Shown here in pieces: positions 63,701 to 64,000 of a DNA stretch of 64,000 bases. The stretch covers positions 1 to 64,000 of IMG/VR virus record IMGVR_UViG_3300028549_000092, one strand, 5' to 3'. The notes under the pieces were generated by a model. That model worked only from the letters and a program-made list of their open reading frames with translations. It had not been told where the DNA came from and searched no databases. This DNA is from a virus. Numbering within the stretch: position 1 is the first letter of the stretch; the number at the start of each line of letters is the position of its first letter. The position numbers were made by a program, and so were the translations under genes.

Positions 63701-63994
63701 CTAAATTGAGCACATTGGCATTATTATAAACAGAGTGTTAAGATCAAGATGGAAAAGTATAGGCATAACAATGCTAGATCGTATATAATAAACTCTATTA
63801 AGTCTATCTACGATTGTTGGTAAATGAAGCACATAATGCTTATTGGCAGATTCCCCCGTAGTAAGGAGGAATGAAGCTAGTTGATGTTTACTATCATTAG
63901 CAACATTATTGATAACTTTAGGAGTATCTTTAATGACAATAGAAGCATCGGCAATCATCTCCCTCTTCACTACGGGGGAATCAAGGATTGACAT
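63701..63994 (-). CDS. Hypothetical ORF (97 aa or longer; frame open to window edge) containing an inverted pair of the dispersed motif
   Basis: The frame has no stop between 63994 and base 64000, so the start may lie outside the window. Confidence 0.4.
   Translation of the reverse strand: MSILDSPVVKREMIADASIVIKDTPKVINNVANDSKHQLASFLLTTGESANKHYVLHLPTIVDRLNRVYYIRSSIVMPILFHLDLNTLFIIMPMCSI
63847..63870 (+). repeat. Dispersed motif copy (left member of tight inverted pair)
   Basis: cagattcccccgtagtaaggagga. Confidence 0.9.
63960..63984 (-). repeat. Dispersed motif copy (right member of tight inverted pair)
   Basis: Plus strand reads tccctcttcactacgggggaatcaa. Confidence 0.9.
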
Positions 63995-64000
63995 TAGCAG

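Noticed and set aside
1-64000. Stop-codon reassignment (TAG or TGA recoding), reported for some crAss-like phages.
   Set aside because: ORFs of 4724, 1473 and 1350 codons, and all recognised enzymes, are intact under the standard code. The gaps in coding density do not resolve into ORFs when I read through single stops, apart from the one weak case at 59096-59275.

Overview
The window reads as a 64-kb piece of a large, AT-rich, crAss-like (Crassvirales-type) podophage genome. This identification is an inference from gene content. I saw no rRNA, convincing tRNA, CRISPR array, integrase or transposase.

Two convergent transcription blocks meet at a perfect 15-bp bidirectional terminator (32842-32880).
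- Plus-strand block (1-32813): a fibre-like protein and several mid-size virion ORFs, then five very large ORFs of 1473, 810, 921, 4724 and 1350 aa. The 4724-aa ORF carries a beta-prime-like two-barrel RNA polymerase signature (RIPTQGH...DFDVD) and a C-terminal HEIGH zincin motif.
- Minus-strand block (32885-64000): nucleotide metabolism (dUTPase fusion, ThyA-like enzyme, P-loop dNMP-kinase-like protein), replication and recombination (family B DNA polymerase, Toprim primase, SF1 helicase, ATP-dependent ligase, family-4-like UDG, RecT-like protein, Gp157-like protein, DUF932, a protein with an SSB-type DDFPF tail), an SLT-domain lysin, and about 25 small ORFs of unknown function, including a tandem paralog family.

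All long ORFs are intact under the standard code.

The most unusual signal is a 22-25 nt motif, TAGATTCCCCYGTAGWRAAGRGGG. I found at least 12 copies by eye, on both strands. Some are intergenic and some are embedded in unrelated ORFs in several reading frames, which points to a function at the DNA or RNA level that I cannot assign.

The second signal is a 1.15-kb ORF-poor region (33488-34638). It holds repeated box-plus-hairpin modules, a GCTGTTGG tandem array in a GC-richer island, and a 15-bp hairpin with a 3-nt loop.

All calls come from reading the sequence and the supplied ORF track. No searches or folding programs were run, and the motif counts may be incomplete.
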